Source: Octopus vulgaris
Taxonomy: Eukaryota
DNA length: 64,000 nucleotides
Direction of reading: 5' to 3'
Assembly: GCA_951406725.2 (NCBI GenBank)
Contig: OX597815.1
Span: forward strand, 197,160,001 to 197,224,000
A program made the translations under genes and the position numbers. Positions 42,005 to 56,126 of the stretch are shown here, piece after piece. Within the stretch, counting starts at the first letter, position 1. The number at the start of each line of letters is the position of its first letter. The notes under the pieces are model-generated. The model saw only the letters and a program-made list of their open reading frames with translations, had not been told where the DNA came from and did not search any database.

Positions 42005-44502
42005 AAGAAAGATAAAGATTATTATATATACACCTGTGTTCAAGTGTGTATATATACGTGTGTACAAAATAAACTGGACTGCGTCGGTTACGACCACACC
42101 TCTTCCGGTTGAGCCGATGAAAGGAACATCCTTTTGGAGAAATGAAGCAATTTGTTCGTGGTGTCGGAAATCAAACCTAACGACCTTACTATCGTGAGAC
42201 GAAGAGCCTAAACGCTTTTGCTCTCGCATTCACATAAACATAATCTAAGCATATATTTTAATTCCTTACATTTATAAATATATATACAACTACCTCCGAC
42301 CTTAAAAACAAAAAATAATACGATGACGTGTCTTATATTTTTCACACTTTGTATTGAAATTGGTTAACACTGGCTAAGGCGTTTGATTCTTACGGGGTGA
42401 CATGTAAAACGATATTTCAATGTCGGTCGAGGCTATCTCGAATTTCGGAAGACAAAATAACAACAGAATAGAAATGATGGAACGATAATCTAAAATACAT
42501 GCATCATGTCTTGCGTTAATTTCAGCCACGTGATCAAAGCTGCAGGAAGTAATTACTTTATTTTGCAGATATTGCAGCTACAGTTGATGCAGCGAATGCA
42601 ATAGCAGTTGCAGTAATGCTGTTTACACAATTAGAAGCAACAACTGCATTATGCAATATTTGTGTCACCGTTCTTCTAATATTGCAGCGTGATGAGAATG
42701 AGTGATTGTAAATGCAGTACCAGTTGCACTATCCATGTTACCTGCAGTAATATGAACTGAATCGTAATCAGCTCTGCTGCTGCTGCTGCTGCTGCTGCAA
42801 AAGCGGCTGCATCAACCACAGGAATGCAACAGTACGGGTTTGACTGTAATAGAAGCAGTACCAGTCCCCGCACTGTTAGATGTCACGTCAGAAACTAGGA
42901 GAGCGACGGCAGCATTAGTATTAGTAGCAGAAACCGAAAGATACAGTGAATTATGGCATCGAGTCGACACGAACACCATAAAATATTTGGTACCGATTCT
43001 CTGGGGGGTGGGAGATGTTCATGGAATAGCTCTACGTAGGTATGAAGAAATAAATAACGTAAAGAACTAAGACGATATATCAATTCTTTTTGAAATGCAA
43101 TCGTTGTTTCATCCTCCATCAAAACGAAAACGTCTCTCAGCAATTCTAACACGCACATTTTTAATACGGCATCGATTTCCAATCTAGAAAAAAAAAGTGC
43201 TACTACGTAAAATTAAAACGGGGAATCTCTATGTCAGTTAAAATCCATTTACAATTTGGACGGTTGTGGTATACGTAGATGTCAAAATATACTTTCAGAC
43301 TTCAGCTACGTTGCGTGACAAGCTGATAAGCGTGCAAGCGGATTGTGATGGTCTCTGATATGTTGATATAAGATTAAATTAGAAACTCAGAGTTTGCTAG
43401 CATCAGCATCTTATAAGACGAGGGTATATTATTTTCCCTAAATGCAAAAAAATATGAGCGCTCTAGACGAGGCTGCTTTTAATAGCAGAATCTCCTATGT
43501 TGCAAAGCCTCAACCACCAAGAAATATGAATAAATTATACAACAAACATTACAAAAATAACAAAGTCTAATAGTAAACGAATGCAACGAAACGCAAACTC
43601 TTGAACAAAAATATCTGCAATCAAAGCAGAATGCACACCAGAAATATAAAAAAAAATATCTAAATATAAATAGATATTGAAAATTCTTGCCGATTATAAG
43701 ATATTTGACTAGATAACCTATATCAGATTACGTGTACACAGTGATTGGAAAATGAACCGTAGAACAAACTCTGGCTACAATACAAATGACAGGAAATGAT
43801 GTCGAATATTTTACTGTTCATTGGATAGGCACATTTGACTTCTGAAAAATGTCAGTTAATGGAGTAGTAAACAACTATGAAAGATTTTGGATGTAGATAT
43901 GTTATTTTGATAATATTTTAGGGCAATTTATAGGCAAGAATAAGTATACTTTGAAAAATTACGTCTTATATGTAAAAAAAATATCACTTCAGCTGGAACA
44001 AGCTATGTATATATACATTATAACGTCGATAATGTTGTGTCCAAGATAAGATAAAATACGGCAATAAATAACTTTAAATATTTCCCCGAAATATGTGCTC
44101 GACATTCAACTCAATCACTGCCGAAGATTCTTCTATAAATAAAGTTTTGCAAAAGTGTGTCGCAGTATTTCGTTTTACATCACGTATATGATGAAAAGCT
44201 GAATGGTTAAAGAGGATGGCATGTATTCAAGATGTCTAACCGATCAAAAATCCATACAAACGTTCATAATGATTAATTATGTAGAGATAGTGAGTAGGAA
44301 TAAACAATTAAACACAGCTGTTAAAACTCTTGATGCTTCTTGCGGAGATTTTTTAGCGCTTTGGATTATATTATGTGCAACAATATACAGTCACATAACA
44401 ACACACACACACCAACATAAATATATATGCATATATATATATGCATATATATGCATATATATATATATATATATATGCATATATATATCATATATATATA
44501 TA

Positions 44503-44558
<56 letters not shown>

Positions 44559-44647
44559 CATATATACATATTATACATCTATGAATATTTTCATTGTCCT
44601 GTCGAACTCTTGAAATAATCACTTCCACATTTTGCATATTGGTTCTA

Positions 44648-44851
<204 letters not shown>

Positions 44852-44877
44852 GGGTGTGTGTGTGTGTGTGTGTGTGT

Positions 44878-45070
44878 AGTTGAAATTTATAGAAAACAAA
44901 AGACTAAAAAAAAGGTGAATGAAAAACAAGCAAATGTATTTGTCGCTGAAAGAAAAATGAAAAAGTATTTTACGTTTCGAGCCTATGCTTTTCAACACAA
45001 AAGAATAAGGGAAAATAATCAGAGAGAGAGAGAGGCGGGGGAGAGAGAAGGAAAAAATCTTGCACATTTC
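44878..45070 (-). mobile_element. Decayed copy of the 61030/62710 hammerhead-bearing element
   Basis: TTTTACGTTTCGAGCCTATGCTTTTCAACA matches TTTTACGTTTCGAGCCTACGCTTTTCTACA at 61124. Confidence 0.7.
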
Positions 45071-45199
45071 AGCAGTCAAACGTACACATATTTTCTATTA
45101 TATGTATGCATGTATACAATAATTATCTAAAATAGCAGTGTGTATCGTTTATAGATACAAAAATATATATGTACATGTATATATTTTTTTATTGTATTG

Positions 45200-45416
45200 T
45201 ACTTGTTTCAGTCATTTGACTGCGGCCATGCTGGAGCACCACCTTTAGAGTGGTGAAAGAGTACAGCAGGGATCACCACCATCCCCTGCCGGAGCCTCGT
45301 TGAGCTTTTAGGTGTTTTCGCTCAATAAACACACACAACGCCCGGTCTGGGAATCGAAACCGAGATCCTACGACCGCAAGTCCGCTGCCCTAACCACTGG
45401 GCCATTGCGCCTCCAC
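45200..45416 (-). mobile_element. Chimeric SINE: group A head and body fused to the group C tail
   Basis: Minus strand runs GGAGGCGCAATGGCCCAGTGG..CTGCTGTACTCTTTCACCACTCT directly into AAAGGTGGTGCTCCAGCATGGCCGCAGTCAAATGACTGAAACAAGTA. Confidence 0.85.
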
Positions 45417-46614
45417 ATATATACATATATATACATATGCATGTGCATATACATATACATATACATCTGCATATATATACATATGCATACATATAGGGTG
45501 TCACTCTCAGTGTCTCCCTTTCTCTCTATCTCACCCGCTCTCTTTCTCTTTCTTCTATCTTTCAAATATATACACATATATGTTATACATGCCTGAATAT
45601 TTTCCTTGTCCTATCGAACTCTTGAAAAAAATCTCTTCCGCGCATTTTGCATATTAATTCTTGTAATATCAATGAATTTAACCTTAGTTACAAATAAATC
45701 AAATCTTGCTCAAACTAAAATACGTACCTGGAAATCTATTTGAATGTGAAGAATAGAAATATGTAATGAAAAATAAATAAATGAAAGTGGAACCTATTTT
45801 CAAAAATATATGTATTCTGTTAAAGTTCAGAATGTTAGTGATACATATTAGGAAATACAATATTTTTTCCTTCGCTTTCTCTATAAACTCATCACTATTT
45901 TCTTCAGTAATCTATGACAATTTCGTAAATATATTGTTTTGAGGTCACTTTACACCCTTACATTTGTACCATTCAAATATCACTGTACTTAACTTTGAGT
46001 CTTGTTTCCCCAATTTTGCTATGTATATACACAAACATCAATTATTCCTAAATACCTACATACATGTATCTCCCACCGACACTCATGCATACACATGGAA
46101 ACTACCTGACATACATACAGGCGATAGCGTTATGTGTGCTGTATTCGTATTTCCAAATGTAAATTTGTTTTGTCATACATTTTGCTTCTCTGATGCTAGA
46201 GAAAGCGGCAAAAATGTTGATTAACGGACAATATCACGAATATATCACCATATTCACCATAATTCCAAAATTTAAGAATTCGGAAGATCATATTGAGAAT
46301 ACCATATTCGGAATATATAGCATAGTCTCGTTCTTGTAATCAACATAGTAGATACATGTATGCCATTAGTGCATATTAGACCTACTGTTAAATTTCAATT
46401 TACGTTATGAATCTTTATAAAACCGTGTATATCACGCACATACATCGCAGTCTTTCATCGAGATTGCCTTTTCTATAAATCATATGTAGCACATACATCA
46501 ATTAAAAGTATATTTTGTATTGTCTTTTTAAAATTTATTTTTCTTGCTTCTTTTGTACACCTGTCTGCTTATTAGCCAACCTACGCATCGAATGCATATA
46601 CTTTTAGACAGAAA

Positions 46615-46658
<44 letters not shown>

Positions 46659-46678
46659 GCTCGTCTATCAGTCGGTTC

Positions 46679-46779
<101 letters not shown>

Positions 46780-47069
46780 GTTAGCTAGCTATCTACACAT
46801 TTATCTATCTGTTCATTGCTTAAAATATCTCTCTCGTTCCCCTCATACACACACGCATATGCATATGCATATATATATATATATGCATATGCATATATAT
46901 ATATATATACATACAGACATACACACACACATATATATATATATGTGTGTATGTGTATGTCTGTATTCATATATTTATGTATATATGCATATGCGTATAG
47001 ATATATATGTATATATACATATATACATATACATATATATATATATATATACATATATACATATATATA

Positions 47070-48358
47070 CGAGGGGCGTTCTATAAGTAATGCCCCTGAC
47101 CCACTTCCCACAGCAGTAGAGCAACGAAACTTGGCACAGTTATTAGTCTTTTTCTACATAGGAACCACCCAGAGTTACGCATTTCTCCCATTGCTTGATG
47201 CAGCTCTGGAGACCATTTTTGTAGAAGACTTCAGCTTGGTCCTCCAACCACGACGTGACTTCAGAAATCAAGGCTGCATCATCTGGGAAACGCTTTCCTT
47301 TCCAAAACAAATTCATGACTGGGAAGAGGTGAAAATCAGAGGGTGCAAGGTCAGGAAAGTAGGAGGATGGGGGAGGAGTTCATAGCCATACGCCTGTGCT
47401 TCTGATCTGGCGACAAGCGAGTTGTGGACCGGAGCGTTGTCCTGCAGGAGGAGGATGCCTTTGCTGATCTTGCCCCGCCTCTTGATTTTGATAACTTCTC
47501 TTAATTTCCTCAAAAGTAAAGCATAATAGGCTCCTGCAATTGTGGTACCCTTTGCCAGGAAATCTGTCATCACTACTCCGTCCTGTTCCCAGAAGACTGT
47601 GAGCATGACCTTGCCAGCGGAGGGCTGCACCCTTGCCTCCTTTGGAGGGGTTGAGTCACTGTGCTTCCACTGCATTGACTGGCTTTGGTCTCTGGATCAT
47701 CGTGATGGACCCAGGTTTCATCCTGTGTAATCAGTCTTTTGAAAACTTTTGACTCATCTTCTTGGCACATCTCCAAATTCACCCTCGAGCACTCGACGCG
47801 TTCTTGCTTCTGGAAAGGCGTGAGCAACCTGGGAATCCGTCTGGCAGACACCCTTTGCATATGCAAATGGTCATGAATGATGGTTTCCACAGATCCGGTA
47901 CTAATCTTGACCTCATGGGCTATTTGGCGAATAATTATGCGTCGATTTTCCAAAATGGCAGCCTCAACTTGACAGACAGATGCCTCATCAATGGCAGAAA
48001 GGGCGACCAGATCTGGGAGCTGTTTCCACAGAGCTCCGACCATGTTTGAATTCACGATGCCAGCGTTTTACAAGGTCATATGATGGGGCATCATCACCAT
48101 AAGTTACTTTCATTTCATCAAAAGTCTCCCGTGGTGTGCGTCCTTTCAAATACAAAAACCGGATCACTGCTCGGCACTCAATAGGCTCCATTTCACACAT
48201 GACTCAGTTCAAACACCTGTAAATAAGAAACCCCAATTACTTCAGAGCTGTAATTTGCCACTTACTCTATAGAGATATGAATGATTGCACATGCAAACTT
48301 TCAGCTAGATCAAACAACTGCAAGTGGGTCAGAGACATTACTTATTGAACGTCCCTCG
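47070..48358 (-). mobile_element. Full-length mariner transposon (irritans-like), 1289 bp
   Basis: TA-flanked ~37-bp TIRs: CGAGGGGCGTTCTATAAGTAATGCCCCTGACCCACTT versus reverse complement CGAGGGACGTTCAATAAGTAATGTCTCTGACCCACTT; inserted in (TA)n. Confidence 0.97.
47143..48200 (-). pseudogene. Mariner DD34D transposase with about three frameshifts
   Basis: MEPIECRAVIRFL..PRSGRP / ..SARRIPRLLT..ITQDETWVHH / ..GKVMLTVFW..LLQDNAPVH..LLPHP / ..DLAPSDFHLFP..YVEKD*. Confidence 0.95.
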
Positions 48359-48795
<437 letters not shown>

Positions 48796-49933
48796 ATCAT
48801 TTTTACAAGACATATATCAATTCATCTATTTGCATCATTTGCACAGCGAGGTTCCTCTGTACCTAATCAGATATATCACCGTGTAATATATGACATGAAA
48901 TAAATTTAGTTAACAGTGAACTCCATGGAAATGTAGATGTTGCAATGGTTATAAATAGCAAATAGTCATCTGGGATTCAATATAAAGTAATATTAACTTA
49001 CAATGGGAATGAAGATATTCATAAAATATCATTTATTATGAAGTGTTAACAATTCTTCCTGAGAGCTCTTTAATTATATTAAATTAGAAAATTTAAAAAA
49101 ATCCTGAGAAAAACTTTATGAAGTACATATGACCTCTCAAATCCAATTCATATAATTGATTGCTTGAGAGATATGTTGAATAAATCTGATATTAGTTGCT
49201 GCAAAGAACAACGTCGATGCCAATTAAATAGACAGCGAGATATAATCCTGCTTGAATATAAAGCAAAAAATGTGCATTTATTTACGTATGTAGATATATA
49301 CATATATACATATATTCATATATACACACACACTTATATCTTAGGCAGGTCATTTCAGTGTTTGTGTGAATTCCTTGTCATTATGTGAAAGAAATACAAG
49401 AATAAATAAAATCAAAAATTATTCGACATGATGTTTAAATGAACCATACTACATCGGTCATGGTTTTTAATTGTATTATTAATATCCGCTTAATCGGAAT
49501 GATATTGGACAACATTGTAAGCTTTAATTGTAATTGAAGAGCATTATATACCATTAACTTACTGTTGATATGTGTTTTGACATAGAAAGTGCTTCGATAA
49601 TGACATGTGTCAAAGCGAAAAAAAAAAAAATTAAAATTGCTATATTTTTCGTAAAATACTTAATAGAAAGTGCTTCTAGCCAGATTAATTATGCTGTAGA
49701 TAATACTGATATGTTATATTGTGTGTCATTCAATTTATAATTATAGCTTACATTGATATTTCCGACTTATTTCACAAAAACTTCACTTGATTAAACACTG
49801 AGAATATAAACAGCGTATACATATTTCAGTATTTAGCACAATATTTATAATTTAATTCCTTGTCGTAATCATCAAATTCCATATCGTCAACAATAGTTGT
49901 CCATATAATATGATTAATTCGATGCTGCTTAGA

Positions 49934-50005
<72 letters not shown>

Positions 50006-50065
50006 CTGTGTGTGTGCGAGTATTTCTTCATGCACAAACACATACATAATACAGTGGTTTATATA

Positions 50066-50449
50066 CTCTCTCTTTTACTCTTTTACTTGTTTCAGTCATT
50101 TGACTGCGGCCATGCTGGAGCACCGCCTTTAAGCCCAGTACTTATTCTATCGGTCTCTTTTGCCGAACCGCTAAGTAACGGAGACCTAAACACACCAGCA
50201 TCGGTTGTCAAGCAATGCTAGGGGGGACAAACACAGACACACAAACACACACACGCATATATATATATATATATACATATATACGACGGGCTTCTTTCAG
50301 TTTCCGTCTACCAAATCCACCCACAAGGCTTTGGTCGGCCCGAGGCTATAGTACGAGACACTTGCCATAGGTGCCACGCAGTGGGACTGAACCCGGAACC
50401 ATGTGGTTGGTAAAACAAGCTACTTACCACACAGCCACTCCTGCGCCTA
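50066..50449 (-). mobile_element. Group C SINE with a small internal deletion
   Basis: Homologous to 21221-21676. Confidence 0.9.
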
Positions 50450-50451
50450 TA

Positions 50452-50484
<33 letters not shown>

Positions 50485-50539
50485 CTGTGTGTGTGAGAGT
50501 ATTTCTACATGCACAAACACATACATAATACAGTGGTTT

Positions 50540-50746
50540 CAAGTTTAGGCACAAAGCCAGTAATTTCGGAGAACGGGTTTAAACGATTATATCGACCCCA
50601 GTACTCAACTGGTACTTATTTCATCGACCCCAAAAAGATGAAAAGCAAGCTCTACCTCGGTGGAATTTGAACTCAGATTGTAGAGACGGACAAAATACTG
50701 CTAAGCATTTTGTCCGGCGTGCTGACGATTCTGACAGCTCACCACC
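50540..50746 (-). mobile_element. Group B SINE (tail type 1)
   Basis: Homologous to the 10569 and 36044 copies. Confidence 0.85.
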
Positions 50747-50777
50747 TTATACACATATGTAACATACTGATTTATAA

Positions 50778-51042
50778 TCTTTTACTCTTTTACTTGTTTC
50801 AGTCATTTGGCTGCAGCCATGCTGGAGCACCGCCTTTAGTCGAGCAAATTGACTCCAGGACTTATTCTTTGTAAGCCTAGTAGTTATTCTATCAGTCTCT
50901 TTTGCCGAATCGCTATGTTCGGGGACGTAAAGACACCAGCATCGGTTGTCAAACGATGTTGGTGGGGAACAAACACAGACACACATATACTCACATACAT
51001 ACATCCATCCTTACATACATACACACATACACACTTGTACAC

Positions 51043-51094
<52 letters not shown>

Positions 51095-51259
51095 GTCGGG
51101 CTTCTTTTAGTTTCCCTCTGCCAAGTCCACTCACAAGGCTTTGGTCGGCCTGAAGCTGTAGTAGGAGACACTTGCCCAAGGTGCTACGCAGTGGGACTGA
51201 ACCTGGAACCATGTGGTTGGTAAGCAATCTACTTACCACACAGTCTCTCCTGCGCCTAT
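50778..51259 (-). mobile_element. Group C SINE, full length
   Basis: Homologous to 21221-21676. Confidence 0.9.
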
Positions 51260-52179
51260 ATTGAAATTTCTGTATGGTTGGCGCTATTCATACATTTTAT
51301 GCTAATATATTACATCAGGCGGTCATTTTACATTCCAAAAAGTTTATGTAAATGTACATATCTACGAAAGGCAGATTTATTCGCCATCGATGAGTGTGAT
51401 AAGCATCTGCTGATTGGAAACCTTGTGCTTCTGATCTAGAAAGCGGCAAAAGTTCTTTATTCTGTTACTGGTATTCTGTTTACTTCTGAAACTGTTTACT
51501 CAGATGATGGTTATTACCCAGACACTTTACTCGTCTGTTGATTGGAATATTCGCCTGTAGCTTGTAGACGTTACACAATAAACATATCGAGATATTGTTC
51601 CTCAAGTCGCGTTTGTCTCTATTTATTTGTATAGTAGTTTAAAACGCTCTTCTCTGTTATCACAATTTCGACAAGTTTTCTAAATTTAGTTTTCTAAAAT
51701 ACCAGTTTATTATTACACTTTCCTAAGTAAACTAATTAGAATCCACGAATTCACTTCATATTCGATGATTTACTTTAAAATAAACATAATTTTCTTCTTT
51801 TCTAGTGAAATGATGAAGCACTGAAAATTTTCGCTTCTTATCAATTTAAAAGATAGTTCAGAGTGAACTTCCTAAAATACTGAAAAACAACTAACACATA
51901 GAACCTGAAATATAAGTGCTTACATCTAAAATATATTTCTCAAAATATTTTTATTAGTAATATATAGTTCAATTTTTAATGCTGTGCTTTGGGGTATATA
52001 TTATTTTAGCTTATTCTGGGAAGATCTAAAAAGAAGAAATTTTACTAAAGACTCATAGCTGAAGGCAATCACATTGAAAACAAGTAACACTAAGCAATAC
52101 TTCACCGAGCAAATTGTTATACAGTAGCTAACAACTAACAAATTACATACCTACTGGCTTTTAGTTTCCCATGCACACA

Positions 52180-53180
52180 GACACTCACTAACTCACTTAC
52201 TCACCCACTCACTCACCCACTCACTCACATACTCAGTCATTCACTCACTCACCCACTTAGTCGCTCACTCATACTCACTCACTCACTCATTCACTCACTC
52301 AGTTACTCACTCACTAGATCACTCACTCACTCACTCACTGAACCACCCACCCAGTCACCCACTCAGTCGCTCACTCACACTAACTCACTCACTCAACAAT
52401 CCACTCACTCACCCATTCATTCACTCACTTACCCACTCACTCACTCACTCGCTCACTCACCCACTCACTCACCCACTTAGTCGCTCACTCACACTCACTC
52501 ACTCACTCATTCACTCACTCAGTTACTCACTCACTAGATTACTCATTCACTCACGTATTCCCTCATTCAGTGACTCACTCACTAGATCACTCACTCACTC
52601 ACTCAACCACCCACCCAGTCACCCACTCAGTCGCTCAGTCACACTAACTCATTCACTCAACAACCCACTCACTCACCCATTCATTCACTCACTCACCCAC
52701 ACACTCACACACTCGCTCACTCACTCACGCACTCAGTCATTCACTCACTCACCCACTTAGTGGCTCACTCACACTCGCTCACTCACTCACTCATTCACTC
52801 ACTCAGTTACTCACTCACTAGATCACTCACTCACTCACTCACTCACTGAACCACCCACCCAGTCACCCATTCAGTCGCTCACTCACACTAACTCACTCAC
52901 TCAACAACCCACTCACTCACCCATTCATTCACTCACTCCCCCACTCACTCACTCACTCACCCATTCACTCACTCACCCACTCACTCGTTCACTCATTTAG
53001 TCAGTCACTCAGTCACTCACACACTCACTAACACACTCACCCATTCACTCACTCACCCACTCAGTCGCTCACTCACTCACGCTCATTCACTTAACAACCC
53101 ACCCACTACCCCACTCACTCACTCACTCACTCACTCCGTCACTTACTCATTAGATCACTCACACACTCACTCACTCACAA
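52180..53180. repeat. (ACTC)n-derived satellite with higher-order duplication
   Basis: ACTC monomers; variant block CCCACTTAGT..CAGTTACTCACTCACTAGAT..AACCACCCACCCAGTCACCC recurs from ~52252, ~52472 and ~52752. Confidence 0.92.
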
Positions 53181-53714
53181 ACTGGAATACACAGCAATAG
53201 ACCTATGTGTGTGTGTGCATCGATCACCGAGCCGGCATAACAAAACCGTGGATTAAAACATTCCTAAACCTGAGTTGGTCCGAAGGTAGTAGAACACAAT
53301 CTTTAATTAATAAAAATTTATTTTAATACAGACATATTATTTTGAGCCCACCTGTCCTGTGCATTAAAGCAATATAATCGTAACTATAATGTTGAAACAT
53401 ACGAGCAAATTATTAAAATATTTATGACTTGTAAGTACCAGTTCCAGAAATGCATTTAATATATCCAATAACTACACACCACTAGATATGGTGGGTATTT
53501 AAGTAATGTGTTCGAGGAAGATTAATGGATGGGACGGATGCTGATGAAGGAGAAAACGCCCTGAAATATAGCATATACACTCATTATCTGATTTACATCT
53601 TTAATCTCATGGTTTGTTTTCATCTGACGCCTGGTATACGAAACGTCGTTGCAAAAATCAGTGGCGGGTATAATTTCTATAGTATATCGATAAATATAAT
53701 TAAAAAAATGAATG

Positions 53715-53961
53715 CGGCCTTTTTAAAGCCTAGCCAGGATCATGAGCTCGGTTTCCCGGTTTCTATGGCGAATGTGTTCCCAGCTGCACGGGATGCCAGT
53801 CCATCGCAGCGTTACTCATTTTTGTTAGCTGAGTGGGATGGAGCAACGTGAAATAAAGTGTTTTGCTCAAGAACACAACGCATCGCCCGGTCCAGGAATC
53901 GAAACCACAACCTTACGATCATGGTGCTGACACCCTAACCACTAAGCCGCGCGCCTCCACA
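53715..53961 (-). mobile_element. tRNA-derived SINE with CORE-like centre and V-like 3' half
   Basis: Minus strand GGAGGCGCGCGGCTTAGTGGTTAG..GTTTCGATTCC..TGTGTTCTTGAGCAAAACACTTTA..CTGCGATGGACTGGCATCCCG..GAAACCGGGAAACCG. Confidence 0.85.
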
Positions 53962-55856
53962 TATCGATAAAGATAACCTAAATAAATTATCGAAATATAT
54001 AACAATAAACAAGTTTGCAAGTTTGACAACTTTAGAATTTTCCGTACCTATAAAAGGGACAAATCGGAATATGATCAACATGCAATTTAAATTTTGGGAT
54101 TTATTTCGTGTTATTTTTTTTTTTTCAATTTGCATCTCACTAACTTGCATGTATTTCTTTCAGTCACTTTTTATGAATGTACTCCTCTTACCTCGCTTTG
54201 TTTTTCCATCATTCTTTCGAACTGTATTAAGAAACACTAACTTCCAGGCAAATTTTCGTTCGTATTTAAATTGGAGACTGCTTGCTGATGTATTCTCTGT
54301 AAATATTAGAAATAATATCAATATAATATTAGAAATAATATCAATGTAAATAATATCAATATTAGAAAAAGGAGGTTTATATGAGAATACCGACACAGTA
54401 ATTTAATAAAATTTGCTTAGCAGAAATTTATGTAATTAAAAATAAATTATGATTCTCAACGCAGATGCGCCCTCGTACAATTGTATGCACCTGCAGTACT
54501 CACTTCGTGATAAAGATTTTCAGATATTCGCACCAGGGTGATGCATCTGAAAAATATAGTCGAATAATTATTTTTGCTTAAATCATTAATAAATTTATAG
54601 GATGATAGAAATATATTTAACAGTACAAAATACTAAACCAGAAATTTGTGTAGTAGTTTTTGCGTGGTTGTGAGGGTGGGCCAGAAGGAAGAGTTAACTT
54701 CAGTGAGGTAGGTAGGAAATAAGAATGTAATATTTTTCAAAGTTAATTAAACAGAAATAAGATGTGCGCGTGTATGTCTTACACCCAAGATCACACTGTT
54801 AGCAAGCCGAAGAATATCTTGCGTAAATCTGTCAAACAAATCGCTGAGTTAAGTTAGTGTTCCCTCTCTGCCACTATCCCTGCACTATATGGTGCACTAG
54901 TCATGTCATGCTCATCAAATACTTCAAATGTTCTTTGGTCATGTATATGTAACTAATTTATAAAGATAAACGCTTTTGTCGCTCAATCCCTGCAAGAGGA
55001 ACCGATCGACTAGCTGAAAGGAAATTGACTGATTCAAACGCCATATCATTTATAAAGTCGATCATTTGAGTACATTGTAGGTAAAAGTATCCTTTGGGGA
55101 TAAAGAAATTTATTGATTTAATATTTCCTACTATGTCGGATAAGGTTGTCAGTGTGAATTTTATGGCGTATAATTTCAGGAAACCTCTTTTGATTCTAAC
55201 CTACTTATCCCGGTTTTCTTTTAGATTGAAAGTTCCTTTTCTGTGTGCTTTATTCAGAACTTATCAGGCTTTCATCGGTAACTTATATACTATATGACAC
55301 ATTTCAGGATTCAGAAATGTCTACTTCGTATATAATTCACCATATTATCTGGATTGATACTATACACTCACTAACATAACTAATTATTCATTTACCTTTG
55401 ATATACATGGACAAGTGACATAAAAGCTCCATTTTCAGGTATGCTCTGCAAACATCTTGAATACACAGTACTATACAGTTAAACACAATTTAAAACGCCA
55501 AAACTAGACAACATTTTAATAAAAATCAACTGGAATGGGAACAGAAACTTAATTTACTAACATGCTTCACTAAGGTAATAACAAGCGATGTATCTTTCTT
55601 CTTGATACTATAAAAGCACTGACGCTTGAATATAATCGACTGAGTATAGTGTGATAATCATCTTTGTTTTGCGTGTCACTGCAAGAACTTTCTTATTAGT
55701 CCGTCACAATTCTTCGTTTTTAAATTTAACTCTCAACGACCTGTACCGTCTATCCAGGTTTCTTCGCGTTTGTGTAGTGCAATGGGTCACCTTTCCTTCT
55801 AAGTTATTTAATACTCATATATCAATAATGATAATAATGATTGTGATGATGTTGAC

Positions 55857-55913
<57 letters not shown>

Positions 55914-55919
55914 CTTCTC

Positions 55920-56126
55920 TTCTATGAGCACAAGACCTGATATTTTAAGCAAGGGAACTAGTCGATTATGTCCACCACAGTACTCGACTGTACTTATTTT
56001 ATCGACACTGAAAGGATAAAAGGCAATGTCGACCCCGGAAGAATTTGAACTCAGAAAGTAATGACGGACGAAGTACTGCAAAACATTTAGCCCGGTGTCC
56101 TAATGATTCTCCCAAATCGCCGCCTT
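55920..56126 (-). mobile_element. Group B SINE (tail type 1), old copy between (AAT)n and (GAT)n
   Basis: GAATTTGAACTCAGAA and AAGGATAAAAGGCAATGTCGACC homology to other group B copies. Confidence 0.8.

Noticed and set aside
42540-43180. Ala/Cys-rich possible exon
   Set aside because: It looks like decayed (GCA)n repeats; the frames I checked contain stops and no domain is recognisable
52180-53180. CRISPR-like or telomeric array
   Set aside because: No unique spacers and not TTAGGG; it is a simple ACTC-derived satellite in eukaryotic DNA
53535-53652. Two hammerhead-like strings (CTGATGAAGG..CCTGAAATATA and CTGACGC..GAAACGTC)
   Set aside because: Stem I register or core is broken; they could be decayed copies but are not supportable
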